DNA of 64,000 nt, taken from a virus. This document shows positions 29,470 through 38,887 of this stretch, one piece after another. The notes under the pieces were generated by a model that saw only the letters and a list, made by a program, of their open reading frames with translations, was not told the DNA's origin and did no database searches. The DNA is taken from the IMG/VR virus record IMGVR_UViG_3300005077_000565, positions 64,001-128,000 of that record; one strand, written 5' to 3'. The translations under genes and the position numbers were made by a program. The stretch's first letter is position 1. Every line of letters begins with the position of its first letter.

Positions 29470-30009
29470 TTAAATTTTGTTGCCGTGTTTGAATATGTCA
29501 AACACCATAAACACGAAATCTTCATGACTATGATTCTTATATTCATGCGTCATGTACATGTTGAAATCCAGCAGGCAGTTTCCGAGTGTTGATGCATCAA
29601 AGGCACCATTGTCAATGACACATTCAACGCCTGCGGGTATATTTAAGTAAATTTGATAACGATGGCGTATTTTATCAGAAAATCCCAGTTGTTGGTCCTG
29701 GTGTGCATCAATACCACCCCCGGATGGTATACGGTGCCAGTAGGCCCGGCCATAGTCTAGTCCACCAGCGAATTTTTCAATCACAGCCCGACTCACCGGC
29801 ATCTGATCACTGCGATCAAAAGTAATATTGCATTCGCGGTCTATATTGCGTAGCCAGACAGTTTTTCCTGATCGTAGAGCCCCAGTACGTTCATATTCAC
29901 CAGTGAAGTGCGGTCGCCACCAGTTGTCTGGTACTGACATAATTTCATCAGTGATGGATTGCACTTCCTGATCGGAAAATTTATAAACTATTGTTGATGG
30001 GTATTCCAT
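29470..30009 (-). CDS. AspH-like 2OG-Fe(II) oxygenase
   Basis: IDAHQD..RYQIYL..THEYKN. Confidence 0.7.
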   Translation of the reverse strand: MEYPSTIVYKFSDQEVQSITDEIMSVPDNWWRPHFTGEYERTGALRSGKTVWLRNIDRECNITFDRSDQMPVSRAVIEKFAGGLDYGRAYWHRIPSGGGIDAHQDQQLGFSDKIRHRYQIYLNIPAGVECVIDNGAFDASTLGNCLLDFNMYMTHEYKNHSHEDFVFMVFDIFKHGNKI

Positions 30010-30011
30010 GG

Positions 30012-30677
30012 TTAAGCACGCAGACTTTTCGCAATTTCTGGATCCAGATCGTCGAAATGAAATCCAAAAATGGCCACCATGCGTTCCTGATCATCATGGT
30101 TGACCACACGATGACTCCATCCAGTGTTTATAAAATACATTTCACCGGGCTGCATTATCAGTGAATGCTCATCGGTTTTAGTCTTGAATTCAAATACCGA
30201 CCGAGTCGGTGTTAGACAAATTTGTGCTCGGCAGATCACACTGGGGTCGGTGTCAATATGCCAGTTGAGCTCATGATGGCCTTTCATCACTGAAATTCTA
30301 AATCTGTAGACATGCCGAAATATTTTAGCCAGCGTGGGTAAATTTTTAACTAGATCAGCGTCAGCCCATTCCGTGTAAAGGTATTCATCAACATCAGAAC
30401 CATGTACTTCTGGATCTCTGCGTTGTAGCAGAATTTGACGATAATTTTCATTGGCATTGAATACTTCTAGGTAGTGGCAGTGTTTGCTGATATTATATGC
30501 ATCAGACCCAAGATCATTACCAGTGTTGTTTTTACCCAGAGACACTAGATAATCTAACTCGTCTGCAGTGACAGTTGCCAGTTGCTTGTAGACTGCAAGC
30601 TCACGTCGTGATGGCCCAGTACCTTTAACACGCATTTTTTTTGTCTGCTCAATCAAACACTGTTCATTGTTTTCCAT
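30012..30677 (-). CDS. AspH-like 2OG-Fe(II) oxygenase
   Basis: LNWHID..FINTGWSHRVVN..ER. Confidence 0.8.
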   Translation of the reverse strand: MENNEQCLIEQTKKMRVKGTGPSRRELAVYKQLATVTADELDYLVSLGKNNTGNDLGSDAYNISKHCHYLEVFNANENYRQILLQRRDPEVHGSDVDEYLYTEWADADLVKNLPTLAKIFRHVYRFRISVMKGHHELNWHIDTDPSVICRAQICLTPTRSVFEFKTKTDEHSLIMQPGEMYFINTGWSHRVVNHDDQERMVAIFGFHFDDLDPEIAKSLRA

Positions 30678-31224
30678 ATCGTTTCTTCCATTCTTCTATA
30701 CTAATACTATTTAACCTAAGTGACCGTCCAGTGTAGCATACATTCTGCCAGCAATCTAGATGATCTCGCTGGCAGGTCTTTATCATATGAGGATGCACAT
30801 GCCAGTCTAACCCAGTGGCCAACTCCATTTTATTTCTAAAATTAACCATGGATTGTCTTCGACGTACATTTTCCATGGAAACAAACAGCGTGTGATATTC
30901 TGTATAATCCTGAAGTTGCCGCTGTACTAATCGCATACTCGGGCTGTAAAAATCATCGTTTTTTGGTAGTGTAGCGCGACGATATTCGGGAAATATAAAT
31001 GTCCTTGTCAGTACACGGTAACAGCCGGGATAAAATTCCTGGACTGTGGCAAATGCTGCCAGTATATCATCGTCCATTAAAAAATACCAGTTTTTATAAG
31101 ATCGATAGTTTTCCAGCAGTATTGGAAACCATCGTGCATTTCGATCAGTGTTGTTCTCCGCCAGGTCAGCCAGCACTGTTTCAAATTTTTTGTCACCAAA
31201 TTCTTCTAGAGTTATAACCTGCAT
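30664..31224 (-). CDS. Hypothetical protein, possibly GNAT-fold
   Basis: AAFATV..RVLTRTFIFPEYR resembles the GNAT beta3-beta4 region. Start taken at MQVITL. Confidence 0.45.
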   Translation of the reverse strand: MQVITLEEFGDKKFETVLADLAENNTDRNARWFPILLENYRSYKNWYFLMDDDILAAFATVQEFYPGCYRVLTRTFIFPEYRRATLPKNDDFYSPSMRLVQRQLQDYTEYHTLFVSMENVRRRQSMVNFRNKMELATGLDWHVHPHMIKTCQRDHLDCWQNVCYTGRSLRLNSISIEEWKKRYGKQ

Positions 31225-31225
31225 G

Positions 31226-31888
31226 TTATTTTTCCAGTAGATGGTTTTCAACCCACTCGTCTCGAAGCACTGGACGTGTAACATACAGTGCTTGATCTAA
31301 CAGTAGACGATCAGTGTATTTTTTATCCTGCAAATTTCCGTGCCAGGGACTGCCCACGCATATAGTTATTTTTTCAATATCGCTGAGTTCTAAATGGTGA
31401 ACTTGCCCTCCATCCAGCACATAACATCTATGTTCTCTGCTGACTGGGTGATTCTTTAGTTCAGAGTCGACGAAGCAGAGTTTTTCTATTTCTCCCTGGA
31501 GTACAAACCGCCATTTATGTTGTATAGTGCCAACTTCCGATGGAGCGCAATCAATATGCAATGGTAACTTGTTGCCTGCAGGAGTTCGTAGTATAGTGAC
31601 TCTGCCCAGTGGTTCCATGAATGGAATAATCTGGTCTAGAACAAATTGTCTAAGTGTCGGACACTGGTCAGCCACTTCTGAAAAATCAAAAGAATCCTTG
31701 ACTGCTAGATTGATCTGGCCCAATCGCCCGCCGGGATTGAAAAACGAAAGCATGTAGCAGTTTCTAAAAGAATTAAAGTGCCAACGATCCGAATCCAGCG
31801 ACAGTAGTTCATCAAGCATGGCCTGTACCTGAGATTCAGTATAGTCTATCTGAAATGGGCAGTGGGCGAAGGAATAGGGGTCACGCAT
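31226..31888 (-). CDS. 2OG-Fe(II)/AspH-like oxygenase
   Basis: LPLHIDC..LDGGQVHH. Confidence 0.7.
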   Translation of the reverse strand: MRDPYSFAHCPFQIDYTESQVQAMLDELLSLDSDRWHFNSFRNCYMLSFFNPGGRLGQINLAVKDSFDFSEVADQCPTLRQFVLDQIIPFMEPLGRVTILRTPAGNKLPLHIDCAPSEVGTIQHKWRFVLQGEIEKLCFVDSELKNHPVSREHRCYVLDGGQVHHLELSDIEKITICVGSPWHGNLQDKKYTDRLLLDQALYVTRPVLRDEWVENHLLEK

Positions 31889-32603
31889 TGTCAGTTTTGA
31901 TTAACTTAATAAACCAAGCTCCGAGATCAAAATGATACCAGCGACGTCCTATGCGCCAATTTTTGCCGTCCTCATGATGAAACTTATGATACCCTTCACC
32001 AGCAGTCAGTAAATTTGCCAGAATACTGTTGGAGGCCGATCCACCTCGATGCGTCCAGGCATTGATCAGGCCATATCCGTGAAATGCAAATACCATGGGC
32101 ATAGCCATGCCAAACAGCAAAAACATTGGGTCAATAATCAACATGGCCAGTGCTACAGCTACCATTAATTTGAAATAGTTTCTATAGAAGAATACCAGTG
32201 ATGGACGATTGCTGAGATTTTTAAGAAACTTACGATCTATCTCCACTGAATAACCCCAGAAATTGGTGTATACTGTAAAAAATCCCTTGAATTTTGGTGA
32301 GTGTGGGTCTCTGTCTGTGTCGGAATATGCATGATGCATACGATGTGAACTAGCCCAGGTAATGGCTGGTCCAGCATTGGCAAAAATCCCCAGAAACTGT
32401 GCGTAATACTCATACCAACGACCCGTGGAGAATGCATTATGTGAAAAATATCTGTGATAACCGCTGGATATAGAAGTGGTAGCAATCACCTGCCACCATA
32501 AAAATGCCAGCACCCAGTGCCACCATTGACCGTAGATCACTGCTGGTATAATGGATATATGTGCAAGTGTGTTCACTGCAACTAGTTTTGTGGTGGCTTT
32601 CAT
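31881..32603 (-). CDS. Membrane fatty-acid (delta-9-type) desaturase
   Basis: Three His boxes: GYHRYFSH, HRMHH..DPHSP, GEGYHKFHH. Confidence 0.9.
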   Translation of the reverse strand: MKATTKLVAVNTLAHISIIPAVIYGQWWHWVLAFLWWQVIATTSISSGYHRYFSHNAFSTGRWYEYYAQFLGIFANAGPAITWASSHRMHHAYSDTDRDPHSPKFKGFFTVYTNFWGYSVEIDRKFLKNLSNRPSLVFFYRNYFKLMVAVALAMLIIDPMFLLFGMAMPMVFAFHGYGLINAWTHRGGSASNSILANLLTAGEGYHKFHHEDGKNWRIGRRWYHFDLGAWFIKLIKTDNA

Positions 32604-32624
32604 AGTTTTAACACTGTATAGAAA

Positions 32625-32636
32625 TATTTATAAATA
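32625..32636. promoter_or_regulatory. Palindromic double late-promoter box TATTTATAAATA
   Basis: Contains TATAAATA on both strands, between the divergent desaturase and rSAM genes. Confidence 0.55.
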
Positions 32637-32710
32637 TCGCAGATATCAGTTATTTGACTTTTTGTAAAAGTAATATATATTATTGTATACTAAAACACCA
32701 GAAATACAAC

Positions 32711-33865
32711 ATGAGCGATTTAAAATGGAGTGAATACGATTTCACGCAGATACCCTTCGACGATTTAGTCAGGGTAGGCCAGCGAAACATGCTGTACCGT
32801 GATCTGTTCACTGTCAGTTGGCTACTGGGTAGATTCTGTAATTACCGTTGCAGTTATTGCTGGCCCTATGCTCGTAGCGACTCCAAGGACCATAGACCCA
32901 CTGAACTATGCCTGCTCACTATCGATGAAATAAAACGACAGGCACGCGACAACGGCTTCAACAGTTTTCATTTTAGCCTCAGCGGCGGTGAGCCAACGTT
33001 TCATCCCGGCTATCTGGATATTATGAAACATCTAGCAGATGATGTCCCTACCACCAACTACACCAGCGTGCACATGACATCAAATTGTTCTAGAAGCATG
33101 CGGTGGTTTGAGACCTATGTGGATCACGCTAGTAAATTTCATCGTGCCAGCATAACAGCCAGTCTGCACACTGAACACGTCAACACTCCGGAAAAGATGC
33201 AGGTGTTCGCTGATAAGTTGATCTTCTGTCAGGAACATGATGTACAGGTAACCATTAATCAGGTCATGGTTCCCGAGTGGTTTGAACGTGACTGGTCTAA
33301 TGCCATGTTCTTCCATGAACAAGGTATCAACGTTACACTTAAACCACAGAGTGACCCCACTGCCAGTCGCGTAGTATCGGGTTATACACCGGAAATGTTG
33401 GAAAAATTACACAACGGCATGCCGCAACGATCATTCACCAGTGTAAAAAACAAGTATGTTACTAGACCACAGCCTACATTTGTCAAATCCAGTGACCCGC
33501 TCTACTGGGAAGATCATAGCAATGTACCGCAGGATTTTCAGATAGAGTTTGTCGACAAACAGGGGAAATACTGGTACATGGATCAGGCTGAACGTTTCAA
33601 TGCCTTTAACTTCAATCGTTTTACCGGCTGGGAATGTTCCAGTGGATACCGCAGTATTATCATACGCGAGCCTGATGGTAGTATTAAACGTAGTTATAGT
33701 TGTCACGATCAGCCCATCGGAAACATTGAAACTGGATTTAAGTTATTTGACAGTCCACGCCCCTGTGTAAGTCCCAGTTGTGTATCCAGTGCCGACAGTA
33801 AAATACCTAAACGTGCGCCGGGCACTAAACTGCCGCTGTGGCCCGGCGACACAACATTTTCATGA
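32711..33865 (+). CDS. Radical SAM protein with C-terminal Cys cluster
   Basis: CNYRCSYC, LSGGEP, WECSSG, YSC, PCVSPSCVS. Confidence 0.9.
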   Translation: MSDLKWSEYDFTQIPFDDLVRVGQRNMLYRDLFTVSWLLGRFCNYRCSYCWPYARSDSKDHRPTELCLLTIDEIKRQARDNGFNSFHFSLSGGEPTFHPGYLDIMKHLADDVPTTNYTSVHMTSNCSRSMRWFETYVDHASKFHRASITASLHTEHVNTPEKMQVFADKLIFCQEHDVQVTINQVMVPEWFERDWSNAMFFHEQGINVTLKPQSDPTASRVVSGYTPEMLEKLHNGMPQRSFTSVKNKYVTRPQPTFVKSSDPLYWEDHSNVPQDFQIEFVDKQGKYWYMDQAERFNAFNFNRFTGWECSSGYRSIIIREPDGSIKRSYSCHDQPIGNIETGFKLFDSPRPCVSPSCVSSADSKIPKRAPGTKLPLWPGDTTFS

Positions 33866-34416
33866 AGATACTAATAGCAGGTAATCCCAGATATGGCCTA
33901 GCTCAGGCACTGTCTAAGAGTCTAGCAGAACATGAGCTGGAATTTGTAAGTAGAAGCACACACGGTCTGGATTTAACCAAGGCAGAAAATCAGCAACGGT
34001 TTGCTGAACTCAGTGAATCTTACGATATAGTTATTCTATGCAGTGCTCTCTGGAAGTTTAATCAAACCCTGTTGCTGGAAGCCACATACAAACGGCTCAG
34101 AACTCTCGACAAGCGCACGAAAATTATCTGCATAGGCAGTACTACTGATAGAGTTAAAAAAGCGACAGACTGGCTGTATAACGCTGAAAAGAAAGCACTG
34201 CGTGATTTTTGTAACAGTCTTACATTGACAGGCGTCTGGAATACGGGTCCACTGGTTACTCTGATTAGTTTCGGGACTCTGAGTAATATGCAACACAAGC
34301 ACCCCGATCGAAAAACTATGTCAATAGAAAAGGCTGCTGATTACGTTAACTGGGTAATACAACAGCCATGTGAACTACATGTCAATGAAATCAGCATTGA
34401 CCCTGTACAGATTTAA
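33862..34416 (+). CDS. Short SDR-like oxidoreductase
   Basis: LIAGNPRYGLA, ICIGS, YNAEK (YxxxK), VNEISIDP. Confidence 0.7.
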   Translation: MKILIAGNPRYGLAQALSKSLAEHELEFVSRSTHGLDLTKAENQQRFAELSESYDIVILCSALWKFNQTLLLEATYKRLRTLDKRTKIICIGSTTDRVKKATDWLYNAEKKALRDFCNSLTLTGVWNTGPLVTLISFGTLSNMQHKHPDRKTMSIEKAADYVNWVIQQPCELHVNEISIDPVQI

Positions 34417-35330
34417 ACTGCCATGGGTGCGCTGATACTGGGCATGGGATGGTAGTCTACTAGAACATAATCATTGACTGTGGTATTCATGAGCTCGTTG
34501 AGAGTCGTAAACTTCGGCATCGTTAACACTGGAATGTTTCCTGGTTGACGAGCAATCTGTTCTGATACTTGTTCTAGATGATTCAGATAAATGTGACAGT
34601 CACCACCAGTCCAGACAAAATCTCCTACTTCTAGATTACAGATCTGTGCAATCATATGTGTAAGTAGGCTATAACTGGCAATGTTAAAGGGCACACCCAA
34701 AAACATATCACAGCTACGCTGATACAGTTGACAACTTAGTTTACCCTGTGACACGTAAAATTGTGCCATGACATGACAGGGTGGCAGCGCCATCTGATTC
34801 AGTTCGCCGGGATTCCAGGCTGATAAAATATGACGACGACTATGTGGGTCTTGTTTGACGCCGTCGATTAAACGCTGTAGTTGGTCAATCTCCTGGACAT
34901 GAAAAGATCCCTGACGATTATAGTAATTACCAAACTCATCCCTAAATGTATCCTGTGTGTGGAATACCGGTGTCTGCCAGTGTCGCCACTGTACACCATA
35001 GACGCGGCCCAGGTCCCCGTCAAATTTAGCTCGTGGTTTCCAGTAATCTGCTTCTGCATTGGCGGTCCAGATTGTTTTACGATCAGTGTCTCTAGATCCG
35101 TGTAGTATTTCTGCCAGCCTACGTTCGTCACCAGATCCTTCGATAAACCACAGTAATTCCGACACCACTGCACGCCAGGCCAGTCGTTTTGTGGTGACTG
35201 CTGGAAATCCTTCAGCAAGATTAAACCTCATCTGATGACCGAACACTGACTTTGTACCTACACCAGTTCGGTCAGGCACATCAGTTCCGTGTTCCAGTAT
35301 GTGTTTTAGCGCATTAATATATTGTTTCAT
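34413..35330 (-). CDS. thyA: Thymidylate synthase
   Basis: DRTGVGT, ELLWF, YGVQWR, SRR, MALPPCH, YQRSCDMFLGVPFNIASY. Confidence 0.97.
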   Translation of the reverse strand: MKQYINALKHILEHGTDVPDRTGVGTKSVFGHQMRFNLAEGFPAVTTKRLAWRAVVSELLWFIEGSGDERRLAEILHGSRDTDRKTIWTANAEADYWKPRAKFDGDLGRVYGVQWRHWQTPVFHTQDTFRDEFGNYYNRQGSFHVQEIDQLQRLIDGVKQDPHSRRHILSAWNPGELNQMALPPCHVMAQFYVSQGKLSCQLYQRSCDMFLGVPFNIASYSLLTHMIAQICNLEVGDFVWTGGDCHIYLNHLEQVSEQIARQPGNIPVLTMPKFTTLNELMNTTVNDYVLVDYHPMPSISAPMAV

Positions 35331-35800
35331 TATCTTTTCTTCCAAATTTCAACATGTAGTCCAGACACATCAGTGTAAGAATCCGGATAAAACGAAGAAA
35401 ATATTTCGTCACGTGGTAGATGTACGTCACACTGATATGTTCCAGAAATTTTACTTAGATGAAACTCCTCAATAAAATCCAGAAGTTCTGATACTAGATG
35501 TGAACCGCCAATGATCCAGACGTCGCCACCACGTGACAGGGTCGGCAATGCTGTTTTTATTTCATCAATAGTGTACGCAGTGGCACCGTCTATCATGGCA
35601 GCAGTTGTAATAACGATGTTATCGCGTCCCGGGAGTGGCCGTTTCGGCAAGCTCTCCCAGGTATGCCGTCCCATGACAACCGTACTGCCCAGCGTCGATT
35701 GACGAAACCAGGCTAGGTCAGCCTGGTTTGATGGCCAGGGCAAATTGCCCTGATACCCGATACCCCAGTTGTCATCACATGCTAGAATCGCTCGAATCAT
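35330..35800 (-). CDS. folA: Dihydrofolate reductase
   Basis: GIGYQGNLPW..DLAWF, VMGRHTWESLP.RPLPGR, IIGG. Confidence 0.95.
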   Translation of the reverse strand: MIRAILACDDNWGIGYQGNLPWPSNQADLAWFRQSTLGSTVVMGRHTWESLPKRPLPGRDNIVITTAAMIDGATAYTIDEIKTALPTLSRGGDVWIIGGSHLVSELLDFIEEFHLSKISGTYQCDVHLPRDEIFSSFYPDSYTDVSGLHVEIWKKR

Positions 35801-36092
35801 TCTTTTCCTGATCCTTTGACAGCAGGCGGTTGACTTTATCTGTGACATTTTCTTCGATCAGATCAAAATCCAATTCGATGCTCATGTCAACAATGTTGTT
35901 TTCTTCGTTAAATTTACTGATCAAGAGTTCTTCAATAGTATCAATTTTTTTGAGATCCTGCTTGTTCAGCTCCATTAACGAGCCGTCTTCAAAATTAATA
36001 ATAATCGTTTTAATGTAGTGGACAGGAATAGCTTCCATGTCCACTTCATCGATAATTTTACTAAACGACCTATCTCGACGATGCACTGCCAT
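35775..36092 (-). CDS. Hypothetical protein
   Basis: Acidic 105-aa ORF in the operon. Confidence 0.7.
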   Translation of the reverse strand: MAVHRRDRSFSKIIDEVDMEAIPVHYIKTIIINFEDGSLMELNKQDLKKIDTIEELLISKFNEENNIVDMSIELDFDLIEENVTDKVNRLLSKDQEKNDSSDSSM

Positions 36093-36094
36093 GA

Positions 36095-36715
36095 TTATGC
36101 TTTTACTCGGCGTTTAGCCTTGAGCTTGGGATTAAGAGCATAGGCTTCTTGCTTGAGGCGCTCAGCTTCAGCCAAGTAAAATTCTGCCTGCTTTAACCGC
36201 TGTTCGGCAATGGCATTGTCATCTAAAACGCCGGGTTCAGTTTCAGCTGATTGATTGCTGACCGGGGCAACTGTACGACTCGCCTCACGTGGTGGTTGGT
36301 CAGTATCGTCACGCATGGCATTTTCGATGTCAGCCTGACTGCGACCATCCTTCTGCATGCGGATAATAGTATTCAATTTATCCAGACGCAGGCTGGTGCC
36401 GCTGGTGGGCGTCATGACAATCTGTTTAGTGGGATACTTGCGCAGTCTACCACTCTGGTGCAACCAAGTCAGTGCAATATTACCGTCACTGAAGCGTTCT
36501 CGTGCCAGCACATTAAAAACGTCACCATCACGCTGTGCTGGTTCGCTTTCAATAATGCGCATTAGGTCCTGATGTTGCATGTCAGGCAATGAATCTGTCT
36601 CGACTACGAGGCAGTTATCACTCTCAAGAACTTCGCCTTTTTCGTTATAAATTTCGCGAAATACAACTACGCAACGGCGACCGGTATTAGTGACCTGTCC
36701 TACGTGTTTTAACAT
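36095..36715 (-). CDS. Hypothetical phage protein
   Basis: 206-aa ORF with AAGGAG RBS. Confidence 0.75.
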   Translation of the reverse strand: MLKHVGQVTNTGRRCVVVFREIYNEKGEVLESDNCLVVETDSLPDMQHQDLMRIIESEPAQRDGDVFNVLARERFSDGNIALTWLHQSGRLRKYPTKQIVMTPTSGTSLRLDKLNTIIRMQKDGRSQADIENAMRDDTDQPPREASRTVAPVSNQSAETEPGVLDDNAIAEQRLKQAEFYLAEAERLKQEAYALNPKLKAKRRVKA

Positions 36716-36744
36716 TTAAATCTCCTTAGCCTCTACTAGGCTGG

Positions 36745-36990
36745 TTATTGTGCTGATGTTTCAGCAGGTGCTTGGCCTTCAGCCTTGGCTTTAGCTTCGG
36801 CTTCGGCTTTTTGTTGATCGGCAACAAATTGTACGAACGCGGCGACCCTTTCAAAAGTCTCGCCGACTTGTTTAGCTTCAGTAGCACGGAACGCACCGCG
36901 TTGGACTGCTAGGTCAATGATGTTTGCCACGGCCGCCAAGTCGTTGACGCTCAGTGATGGTGCTGAATTCTGTTGTGCTGTTTCTGACAT
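36745..36990 (-). CDS. Hypothetical phage protein
   Basis: 81-aa ORF with AAGGAG RBS; IIDLAVQRGAF. Confidence 0.75.
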   Translation of the reverse strand: MSETAQQNSAPSLSVNDLAAVANIIDLAVQRGAFRATEAKQVGETFERVAAFVQFVADQQKAEAEAKAKAEGQAPAETSAQ

Positions 36991-37019
36991 TTAGTTTCTC
37001 CTTAAAAATAAACTATATT

Positions 37020-37307
37020 TTATTTAGCATCATTATCTGGTGCTTTAATTTTGTATTCGTGCAGTGCCTGCTCGAATTCTTCTAGATCCTGTTCGTGCTT
37101 AAACCAGAACTGTAAAATACTTTTACCTATTATTTTAATATGATAAAAGTCCCGGGTGTGCTCTAGGCCAAGGTCGTCAAAACTGGCGACTTTCTTCTCA
37201 TTAAAATCTACAGTAACACGATTGTGCATCATCTTCTCGATAGTAGAAGTGTGTGCTAGTAGTTCCATGTCGGATTCGGATAAATTTTTATTTAAATACC
37301 AATACAC
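37020..37307 (-). CDS. Hypothetical protein
   Basis: 95-aa ORF in the operon. Confidence 0.6.
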   Translation of the reverse strand: MYWYLNKNLSESDMELLAHTSTIEKMMHNRVTVDFNEKKVASFDDLGLEHTRDFYHIKIIGKSILQFWFKHEQDLEEFEQALHEYKIKAPDNDAK

Positions 37308-37310
37308 TGG

Positions 37311-38507
37311 TCAAGTCCTTGCTCGTTCGTAGTATACTGTGGTACCAAATGGTGCCACTGGCGGTTTCCCCCGTCCCTGGCTGTGTACTAGAAAGACAGT
37401 ATCACAATAATCGGGATTACCCCAACTACCCCAGGGGTAGCCGTCGGTGAATACAATTAGTTGTTTTGGTTGTATATCCAGGTCCCCCATGTGTTTCCAG
37501 TTGACCATGAAGTCTGTGCCACCACCACCGGTGATTCGATAATCGTTGACGTTACGGCCATCATCATGTGTAAAGGTATCATACCCATAGACAGCAGTGT
37601 CAAACTGCCAGATCTGGATTCGATAGTTCCCAAATTGTTCCATGATTCCAGCCACTTCACTGACAAAGTCGGTGAGCATGACATTATCGATACTTCCTGA
37701 AGTGTCAATGGCTAGACAGATATCAATTTCCTCATCGCGATTCATGCCAGGCAACACTGCACCAGTGTGCCAGCCCTTGCGGCTAGGTCGCTGCCAGGTA
37801 AAATCGTTTTTAATAGTGCTTTCAATGCTGGCACGAATAAGCTCACGCCAATTCATTTTAGGTTCCACCAGCTGATTGATAATTTTTTGTATTTCGCCAG
37901 GAACATTACCAGCGCCGGCACTCTGTGCAGCCTGCAATAACGCTTCTTTGAGATCGTCCTGTAATTGTTTACGTTCAGCCGGTGTCATAGGACTAGGACG
38001 TCCCGAGCTCTGGTCTTTGCTGGATCCCGAACTCTGATCACTGTTTTCACTCATGTCCAGATGCATGTCCAGCGTCTGTATTTGTGAGACATTATTCTGA
38101 ATTAGATCGTCGTAGACTTGTTCAGTGGTCCAGTCGGCGTATTTGGGATCTAGACAGATCTGAACTTTGGTGATCACTTTGCCAATTCGCTCTCGCTTTA
38201 AAATCCAGTTGATCACATAGTCACCGGCCATGTTCCAGATACCAGCATCACGCTCGCCACGGCGCAGGAAGTGCTCAAACATACAATGGCCCAGTTCGTG
38301 ACCCACCAAAAACACCAGTTCTTCGGGATCGAGTTGTCTGACAAATTCTGAGTTGTAATAAAAATTACGCCCATCCACTGCGGCAGTGGGACACCAGTCA
38401 CTGGCTTCAACCAATTTCAATCGCAGGGCCAACTGTCCAAAAAACGGATGTTTGAACAGCATTTTAACACGAGCTTGAATAATCTTGTTTTCGATTTCGG
38501 TTGCCAC
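37311..38507 (-). CDS. HExxH metallopeptidase-like (DUF2201-type) plus vWA domain protein
   Basis: PTAAVDG, HELGH, DTSGSI MIDAS, GGGGTDF, VFTDG. Confidence 0.85.
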   Translation of the reverse strand: MATEIENKIIQARVKMLFKHPFFGQLALRLKLVEASDWCPTAAVDGRNFYYNSEFVRQLDPEELVFLVGHELGHCMFEHFLRRGERDAGIWNMAGDYVINWILKRERIGKVITKVQICLDPKYADWTTEQVYDDLIQNNVSQIQTLDMHLDMSENSDQSSGSSKDQSSGRPSPMTPAERKQLQDDLKEALLQAAQSAGAGNVPGEIQKIINQLVEPKMNWRELIRASIESTIKNDFTWQRPSRKGWHTGAVLPGMNRDEEIDICLAIDTSGSIDNVMLTDFVSEVAGIMEQFGNYRIQIWQFDTAVYGYDTFTHDDGRNVNDYRITGGGGTDFMVNWKHMGDLDIQPKQLIVFTDGYPWGSWGNPDYCDTVFLVHSQGRGKPPVAPFGTTVYYERART

Positions 38508-38532
38508 AGCCAGATCCTTTACGATAGCTATT

Positions 38533-38561
38533 ATAATAACACAGCCGTGATTTTATGTCAA
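38533..38561 (-). promoter_or_regulatory. Sigma70-like promoter of the vWA gene
   Basis: TTGACA-17 nt-TATTAT. Confidence 0.6.
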
Positions 38562-38887
38562 ATCTTATTATACATCAGTTTAAAGAGTATAAGATCCTCA
38601 GTTCTGTAAAATCTAACTACCTTTTCCACTAATAGATTATCGGGATTATGATAATATCCGATCTTATATAATAGCTCGGGTATTTCCTGCTCTTTTAATA
38701 CTTGCCTGGCAGATCGACGGTCTGATATACTTACAACATTTTCACTAGGCCAGGTTTCAATCCAGGCCGCGATTTGCTGTGGCCGTGGGTTGGGTACGCC
38801 TAGATATTCAATGCATAATTTTGATGTATACAGACGCTCGTTTATATTTGCTCGAACATCTGTATACTGTTTTTCAAGACCCATCAT
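38558..38887 (-). CDS. Hypothetical protein
   Basis: 109-aa ORF between the AAA and vWA genes. Confidence 0.65.
   Translation of the reverse strand: MMGLEKQYTDVRANINERLYTSKLCIEYLGVPNPRPQQIAAWIETWPSENVVSISDRRSARQVLKEQEIPELLYKIGYYHNPDNLLVEKVVRFYRTEDLILFKLMYNKI

Noticed and set aside
19691-32603. Bacterial chromosomal contamination or a prophage boundary at the transporter/desaturase region
   Set aside because: Gene packing, apparent base composition and TATAAATA boxes are continuous with the phage flanks, and no integrase, att site or housekeeping operon is seen. Read coverage would be the decisive test.
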